Shown here: piece by piece, positions 58,253 to 64,000 of the stretch
Layout: each line of letters begins with the position of its first letter
Position numbering within the stretch: the stretch's first letter is position 1
Origin: an uncultured Actinomycetes bacterium
Lineage (GTDB): Bacteria > Actinomycetota > UBA4738 > HRBIN12
DNA length: 64,000 bases
Reading direction: 5' to 3'
NCBI GenBank assembly: GCA_963704725.1
Contig: OY969934.1
Location: forward strand, 2,464,001-2,528,000
The notes under the pieces: generated by a model
Told to the model about the DNA's origin: nothing
Databases searched by the model: none
The model's input: the letters and a program-made list of their open reading frames with translations, nothing else
Translations under genes and position numbers: made by a program

Positions 58253-59412
58253 CGCAGCACCAGCCGCCGGGCGCGGACGAGGGCAAGGCCGCCCAGCACG
58301 CCGGAGAACGCCAGGAGCGCCAGGATCGAGGACCGCACGTCGGCCACGCCGCCGCCGGCGGCGAGGTCTTGGAACCCGCGCATCATCCACGCCTGCGGCG
58401 CGAGCAGGCTCACGCCTGACAGGAACGACGCCTGCGAGATCGGGAAGAACGTCCCGCCGAACAGGCCGAGCACCACCGTGACCAGCGACGTGTAGCCGGC
58501 CGCCTGGGCCGGCGTCTTGGCCAGGGTCGCGACGAGGGCGGTGATCGAGACCGCGGCGGCCACGCCCAGCAGCACCATGAGCCCCACGCCGGGAACGGTC
58601 CCCCACTCGGCGTCGAGCAGCAGCGTCGTCGCCGCCACGAGGGCCGACATGCTGACGAGTCCGACGACGAAGCCTGCGAGCACCTTCCCGGCGACGAGCC
58701 ACGAGGGCCGGAGCGGCGCGACCAGCAGCCGCCCCAGGGTCCCGCGATCGCGCTCGTCGAGCAGGCTCCGCACGCCGAACTCCACCGTGAAGAACACGAA
58801 GAACACGGCCATGCCGATGGCGTAGAACGTCGTTCCCGAGAGCAGCCGGGACTCGGCCGTGTTCCGGTCGAGCTCGGCGGCAGGCGGCGTGGCGTGGGCG
58901 CGCTCGGCCAGGGCCGCGGCCCCGTCCGCGGGCGCGCCGGAGACGATCGCGGTCGCCACCGCGAGCTGGACGGCGTCGAGGTCGTTCGCGAACCTCTGGG
59001 CGAGCGAGCGCGCGACGAGGCCTCCGACCTCGCTGCTCGGGCTGGCGATCACGCGGATCTCCCCGCCGCGGCCGGCCGAGGCCTCGGCCGTGAAGCCCTC
59101 CGGGACGACGAACGCGGCGTCCACGTCTCCGTCCTCCGCCAGGCGCTCGGCGTCGGCCGGCGAGGCCGCATCCTTGATCCGGACGAAGTCGAGCGAGCGG
59201 ACGGTCCGGTCGAAGGTCGCGGCGAGCTCCCCGCCGTCCCGGTCGACGACGGCGAACGTGACGGAGAACCGCTCTTCGTCGTCCACGTTCGACAGCGTCA
59301 GGCTGAAGATCCCGGCCAGGCCGAACGGCACGAGGAACCCGATGATGAACGCGGAGCGGTCGCGGATCCGTAGGCGGAGGTCCTTGGCCGCGATCGCGAG
59401 CGCCCGCCGCAT
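58249..59412 (-). CDS. ABC-2 permease
   Basis: IAAKDL, ERDRGTL.RL, GGTFFP. Confidence 0.88.
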   Translation of the reverse strand: MRRALAIAAKDLRLRIRDRSAFIIGFLVPFGLAGIFSLTLSNVDDEERFSVTFAVVDRDGGELAATFDRTVRSLDFVRIKDAASPADAERLAEDGDVDAAFVVPEGFTAEASAGRGGEIRVIASPSSEVGGLVARSLAQRFANDLDAVQLAVATAIVSGAPADGAAALAERAHATPPAAELDRNTAESRLLSGTTFYAIGMAVFFVFFTVEFGVRSLLDERDRGTLGRLLVAPLRPSWLVAGKVLAGFVVGLVSMSALVAATTLLLDAEWGTVPGVGLMVLLGVAAAVSITALVATLAKTPAQAAGYTSLVTVVLGLFGGTFFPISQASFLSGVSLLAPQAWMMRGFQDLAAGGGVADVRSSILALLAFSGVLGGLALVRARRLVLR

Positions 59413-59416
59413 GGGA

Positions 59417-60364
59417 TCAGTCGCGCAGGGCCTTGCCGGTCAGATGCAGGAAGACGGCCTCCAGATTCGGCTCGGTCACCTCGACCGTGGTGACGTCGGC
59501 CCCGGCATCCGAGACCGTGGTGAGGATGAGGGGCAGGGCCGTGCGGGCGGCGCGCACGACCAGGTCCAGGCCCCCGTCCCGGCGGCTGGCGTCGACCACC
59601 GCGTCGAGCTCGCGGACGGCCGCCTCCGCCCCGGCCAGATCGCCGCCCGCCAGCAGCGCAACGCGGTCCTGCTCCCCGACCATGGCCACGAGCTCCCGGC
59701 GCGTCCCCTCGGCCATCAAGCGGCCCTCGTCGATCACCCCGACGCGATCGCACAGGCGCTCCGCCTCCTCCATGTAGTGCGTGGTGTAGAGCACGGCCAT
59801 CCCCTGGTCCCGGAATCGCTCGACGCCGGACAGGATGGCGTTGCGGCTCTGCGGGTCGACGCCGACCGTCGGCTCGTCGAGCACGAGCAGCTTGGGCCGG
59901 TTGAGCAGGCCGAGCCCGATGTTCAGGCGGCGCTTCATCCCGCCCGAGTACTCGCTCGTCCGGTCTCCGGCCCGATCGGTGAGGTCGATGATCTCCAGGA
60001 TCTCGGTCACCCGGCCGTCGAGCTCGCGCCCCGACAACGCGTACATCCGGCCGAAGAACCGCAGGTTCTCCCGGCCGGTGAGGTCGGGGTAGATCGCCAG
60101 CTCCTGCGGCACGTACCCGATCGCCTCGCGGGCGTCGGTCGAGCGGGTGTCGATCCGGCGGCCGTCGACGACGACGTCGCCGGCGTCGCGCTCGAGGAGA
60201 CCGCACACCATCGAGATGGTCGTCGTCTTCCCGGCACCGTTCGGTCCCAGCAGGCCGTACGTCTCGCCGACGGCGATGTGGAACCCGACGTCGTTCACGG
60301 CGACCCGATCGCCGAACGCCTTGCGGAGCCCGGTCGCCTCCAGGACGTGATCGCGCTCGCTCAC
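59417..60364 (-). CDS. ABC transporter ATP-binding protein
   Basis: GPNGAGKT, YSGGMKRR, DEPTVGVDPQSR. Confidence 0.93.
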   Translation of the reverse strand: MSERDHVLEATGLRKAFGDRVAVNDVGFHIAVGETYGLLGPNGAGKTTTISMVCGLLERDAGDVVVDGRRIDTRSTDAREAIGYVPQELAIYPDLTGRENLRFFGRMYALSGRELDGRVTEILEIIDLTDRAGDRTSEYSGGMKRRLNIGLGLLNRPKLLVLDEPTVGVDPQSRNAILSGVERFRDQGMAVLYTTHYMEEAERLCDRVGVIDEGRLMAEGTRRELVAMVGEQDRVALLAGGDLAGAEAAVRELDAVVDASRRDGGLDLVVRAARTALPLILTTVSDAGADVTTVEVTEPNLEAVFLHLTGKALRD

Positions 60365-60376
60365 GGCGCTCCCATG

Positions 60377-61186
60377 CTACGGACGAAGGAACGACCGTGG
60401 GAAGGCCAGGGCCTTCCACGGCTTGCGCCCGCCGGCCAGGATCCGGCCCGTCACGACGGCGCGCCACGTCGGCATCCGCCCGTAGGACATGAGCACGAAC
60501 GCCACGGGCTCGGCCCGGATCGTGCAGTCGGCGGGGCCGTCCTCGGGCTCCACCCACGCGCGGGCGTCCTCGATCCGCACCCGGACCCTCGGCCCCCCGC
60601 GGACGCGGAGACGGTAGATCGCCCTCCGTCCCGCGGTGGTCCGCGGATCGACGTAGTGCGGCGCGAACACCAACGACGCCTTCGCGATCGTTCGCGCGTC
60701 CTCGACCGGGATCGGCCATGGCCGGCTCACCGACCGAGCCAGGTCGAACCCGTGGATCAGCACCTCGGCCAGCGCGACCCCGGTCCCGGTGGCCACGTCG
60801 AGGGTGAGCCCCGAGTGCCAGGGGAAGGGATCGTTCGCCACCCGTCCCCGCGTGGTCGCGACGAACGCGGACACGCTGGCCGAGATCAGCTCGACGTGCG
60901 TCTCGAACGGGATCCCGCGCAGCTCCTCGATCTGGCGCTGGTTGTTCGCCGCGATGTCCGAGATCCTGCCCTCGGGCACCGCCGTTCCCGCGAGGTACCC
61001 GGCGAACAGCTCGGTGCGCGCGCCGAGATGCGCCGCCAGCTCGCCGATCGACCACGTGAGCCCCGAGACGGGCTCCGACGGATCGGGGACCTCGCGCAGG
61101 AGGTCGACGAGCCGTCGCCCCGCGTTCGCCAGGGCCTCGGCCGCAGGGGCGAGATCGATCCGGAGCTCCTCCAGCTCGCCGATCAT
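60377..61186 (-). CDS. Mycothiol-dependent maleylpyruvate isomerase (MDMPI/DinB)-family protein with an SCP2-like C-terminus
   Basis: WSIGELAAHL, EVLIHGFDLA, ADCTI. Confidence 0.78.
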   Translation of the reverse strand: MIGELEELRIDLAPAAEALANAGRRLVDLLREVPDPSEPVSGLTWSIGELAAHLGARTELFAGYLAGTAVPEGRISDIAANNQRQIEELRGIPFETHVELISASVSAFVATTRGRVANDPFPWHSGLTLDVATGTGVALAEVLIHGFDLARSVSRPWPIPVEDARTIAKASLVFAPHYVDPRTTAGRRAIYRLRVRGGPRVRVRIEDARAWVEPEDGPADCTIRAEPVAFVLMSYGRMPTWRAVVTGRILAGGRKPWKALAFPRSFLRP

Positions 61187-62178
61187 CGCGCGTGCCACGC
61201 CTGCAGGAGCTCCGCCTCCCGGTCTGGGGGGAGGCCGACGCGCCCGTGGTCGAGCGGCTCGTCGGCGCGGGTCCGGTCCCAGTCCCAGCAGTCCGCGAAG
61301 CTCTCCTGCACCGGGCGGGACTCGAGCCCGGCGGCGAGCGCCCGCGAGGCGTCGAACCGCGTCAGCCCGAACTCCTGCGGCGGCGCCCACCACGGGAGCG
61401 CCTCCCACTCGGCGAGCCCGTTCGCCAGCATGAAGTCCTGGGACACCCACGTGAGGCGGGCGTCGGTCCCGCCCACGGCCCGGGCCGCCGCCTCGAGCAG
61501 GTCGCCGTAGGCATGCGGCTCGGGCGGCGCGCAGAGGTTGAAGACGCCTCCGGCCCCCCGGGCGGCCATGGCGAGCGCGAACCGCCCGAGGTCGCGCGCG
61601 TCGATCAGCTGCACCGGGAAGTCGGTCCGCTCGGGCGCCAGGACCTCGCCGCCCCGTTGGAGGCGCCGGAGCCAGTACGGCATGCGACCCATGCTGTCGT
61701 AGGGCCCGCAGATGAACCCGGGACGCAGGATCAGGGCGCGGTCCCCGAACGCCCGCTGCACCTCGCGTTCGGACAGCACCTTCAGGGCCCCGTAGGTCTC
61801 CCCCGTGACCTCCTCGGTCGTGGGGTCCGGGGTCGTGGCGAGCGCCCCGTCCTCGTCCTGCCCGAGGGTCGCCTCGTCGGCGTAGACGGACAGGCTCGAG
61901 ACGAACGTGTAGTGGCCGGCGTGGTCGAGCAGCGCCTCGGCCGACATCCGGGCCAGGCGGGGCAGGTAGCAGGAGGGATCGAACACGGCGTCCCAGGACC
62001 GGCCGCTCAGCGCGGTCAGGTCGCGGCCCCGGTCGCCTCGGAGCGTCTCGAGGTCCGAGAACAGCTCGGGGTGCGTGGTACCCCGGTTGAAGAGCGTCAC
62101 CTCGTGACCGCCGGCCAGGGCCTCCTCCACGAACGACCGCCCCACGAATCGGGTGCCTCCGAGCACCAGGATGCGCAT
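61183..62178 (-). CDS. NAD-dependent epimerase/dehydratase (isoflavone-reductase-like)
   Basis: LGGTRFVG, YGALK, IDARDL. Confidence 0.88.
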   Translation of the reverse strand: MRILVLGGTRFVGRSFVEEALAGGHEVTLFNRGTTHPELFSDLETLRGDRGRDLTALSGRSWDAVFDPSCYLPRLARMSAEALLDHAGHYTFVSSLSVYADEATLGQDEDGALATTPDPTTEEVTGETYGALKVLSEREVQRAFGDRALILRPGFICGPYDSMGRMPYWLRRLQRGGEVLAPERTDFPVQLIDARDLGRFALAMAARGAGGVFNLCAPPEPHAYGDLLEAAARAVGGTDARLTWVSQDFMLANGLAEWEALPWWAPPQEFGLTRFDASRALAAGLESRPVQESFADCWDWDRTRADEPLDHGRVGLPPDREAELLQAWHAR

Positions 62179-62397
62179 CGTCGGACACCCTACCCCGCGG
62201 GGGCGCACCGCTCCTCTCGGGCCATTTCCCCTGTTCGGAGCCCATTCCGGCCTAGGACGAAGGACCGTTCAGGGGAAGCAGGAATGGTCAGATCGGAGGG
62301 TTGCGCCTCCATGAACCTCTGCGATACTGGGCAACCTGGCAGGCGTTTCGGGGGCCGAACGGCCCTCCGGGGGAGGAAGGGGCGATCTCGGTTCAGG

Positions 62398-63894
62398 GTG
62401 GCTGACGGGAAGTCGAGCCTCGGTGCCGAGCTCGGGTTCCAGGCGATGCTGGACGCAGCGCCGGACGCGATGGTCGGCGTCTCCAGCGATGGGCGCATCC
62501 TGATGGCCAACGTCCAGACGGAGGTCTTGTTCGGCCATCGGCGCGAGGAGCTGATCGGCCGGCAGGTCGAGATCCTCGTTCCGGAGCGGTTCCAGGAGCT
62601 CCACCCGAAGCACCGCGCAGCGTTCTTCGAGGAGCCGAAGACCCGGCCCATGGGGATGCACCTCGACCTGGCCGGCCGGCGAGCCGACGGGACCGAGTTC
62701 CCGGCGGAGGTGAGCTTGAGCACCATCGAAACGGAGGAGGAGGGCCTCATCGCCATCGCAGCGATCCGCGACATGACCGAGCGCCGCCGGGCGGGGGCGA
62801 TGTTCCAGCAGATGCTCGACGCCGCACCCGACGCGATGATCGGCGTGGACCCGGCCGGCGTGATCGTGATGACCAACGCCCAGACCGAGAGCGTGTTCGG
62901 CTACACCCGCGGCCAGCTGATCGGGCAGCGGCTGGAGATCCTCATCCCCGACCGCGCCAAGGACGCGCACCGGGGCCATCGCGCCGGCTTCTTCCACGCG
63001 CCGAGGATCCGCCCCATGGGCGTCGACCTCAACCTGTCCGGACGCCGGTCCGACGGCACCGAGTTCCCCGCCGAGATCAGCCTGTCCTGGCTCGAGACCG
63101 AGGACGGCGTCGTCGCCCTGGGGGCCATCCGGGACATCACGGAGCGCCGCAGGACCGAGGAGGCCGCCCACCGGGCTCGCGAAGAGGCTGACCGGGCCGC
63201 GGCCGACCTGCAGGTCGCCTACCACGAGCTCCAGGCGTTCAGCTACGCGGTCGCGCACGACCTCCGCGCGCCGCTTCGCGCGATCGATGGATTCAGCGAG
63301 GCGCTCGTCCAGGACCACGCGCCGACCCTGGACCACGACGCGCAGACCTACCTCGACCGGATCCGACGCAACGTCCACCGCATGGGCACGATGATCGACG
63401 CGCTGCTCGAGCTCTCCCGCCTGGTGCGCTCGACCCTGGACGCGACGGAGGTCGACCTCAGCGCGATCGTGGAGGAGGTGCTCGGCACGCTCCGCGAGGC
63501 CGATCCCGGCCGAACGGTCGCCGCGATCGTGCCGCCCCGCATCGTCGTGCGCGGCGACCGAGGGCTCCTGCCGATCCTGATCGCGAACCTGCTCTCGAAC
63601 GCGTGGAAGTTCACCGCCCCGCATCCGCAGGCCCGGATCGAGTTCGGCGTCCGGGGCGACGGTGACGAGCGCGTGTTCTTCCTCCACGACGACGGCGTGG
63701 GATTCGATCCGCGCTACGCCGAGAAGCTGTTCACGCCGTTCCAACGCCTGCACTCGGACGATTTCGGCGGTTCGGGGATCGGGCTGGCAACGGCGGAGCG
63801 GATCGTGCGCAGGCACGGCGGCCGCATCTGGGCCGACGGCGCCGTCGACGCCGGCGCCACGTTCTCGTTCACCCTCGGAGATATGGGATCGTGA
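62398..63894 (+). CDS. Two-PAS sensor histidine kinase
   Basis: Two PAS repeats (RPMG..L.GRR.DGTEFPAE.SLS), AHDLRAPLR, NLLSNAWKF, GSGIGLA; start inferred. Confidence 0.9.
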   Translation: MADGKSSLGAELGFQAMLDAAPDAMVGVSSDGRILMANVQTEVLFGHRREELIGRQVEILVPERFQELHPKHRAAFFEEPKTRPMGMHLDLAGRRADGTEFPAEVSLSTIETEEEGLIAIAAIRDMTERRRAGAMFQQMLDAAPDAMIGVDPAGVIVMTNAQTESVFGYTRGQLIGQRLEILIPDRAKDAHRGHRAGFFHAPRIRPMGVDLNLSGRRSDGTEFPAEISLSWLETEDGVVALGAIRDITERRRTEEAAHRAREEADRAAADLQVAYHELQAFSYAVAHDLRAPLRAIDGFSEALVQDHAPTLDHDAQTYLDRIRRNVHRMGTMIDALLELSRLVRSTLDATEVDLSAIVEEVLGTLREADPGRTVAAIVPPRIVVRGDRGLLPILIANLLSNAWKFTAPHPQARIEFGVRGDGDERVFFLHDDGVGFDPRYAEKLFTPFQRLHSDDFGGSGIGLATAERIVRRHGGRIWADGAVDAGATFSFTLGDMGS

Positions 63895-64000
63895 CGGCGG
63901 GCGGGATCCTCCTCGTCGAGGACAACCCGGACGACGTCGACCTGACGCTCCGGGCCTTCCGGCGCAACGGACTCCAGATGGAGATCCTCGTCGCGCGCGA
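63891..64000 (+). CDS. Response regulator receiver protein, partial
   Basis: ILLVEDNPDDVDLTLRAF; GTGA overlap with the kinase; runs off the window. Confidence 0.85.
   Translation, partial: MTAGGILLVEDNPDDVDLTLRAFRRNGLQMEILVAR

Noticed and set aside
62440-63150. Nucleotide similarity between two segments of the kinase
   Set aside because: Ordinary diverged tandem PAS domains

Overview
High-GC chromosomal window, most likely from an Actinomycetota genome (ClpC1-type N-domain, InhA-like FabI, mycothiol-dependent MDMPI-family gene, many apparently leaderless genes). No rRNA, tRNA, CRISPR array, transposase or integrase was recognised. Main content: (1) selD followed by a JAB/Mec peptidase, a rhodanese-less MoeB and a ubiquitin-like sulfur carrier; (2) a complete hdrCBA-mvhDGA operon (heterodisulfide reductase plus group 3c [NiFe]-hydrogenase) with a maturation protease and hypA, followed by a pntAA-pntAB-pntB-malic enzyme operon and a second, degenerate maturation protease; (3) a decaying accessory island (~32.8-40.6 kb) with a large AAA/LuxR regulator, two tandem copies of a [DUF4242-like + secreted GGTGRF beta-barrel] gene pair, an 8-domain Ig-like surface protein carrying a near-identical 593-bp internal duplication, and several gene remnants; (4) lon divergent from a stand-alone Clp N-domain/Zn-ribbon gene; (5) ordinary transport, MoxR, MFS, adenylate cyclase and two-component genes. 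A GGAAT...GTT (SigH/SigR-like) promoter followed by a TTGCA-N2-TGCAA palindrome occurs upstream of both mec and lon. All family calls come from motif recognition by eye; no database searches were run.
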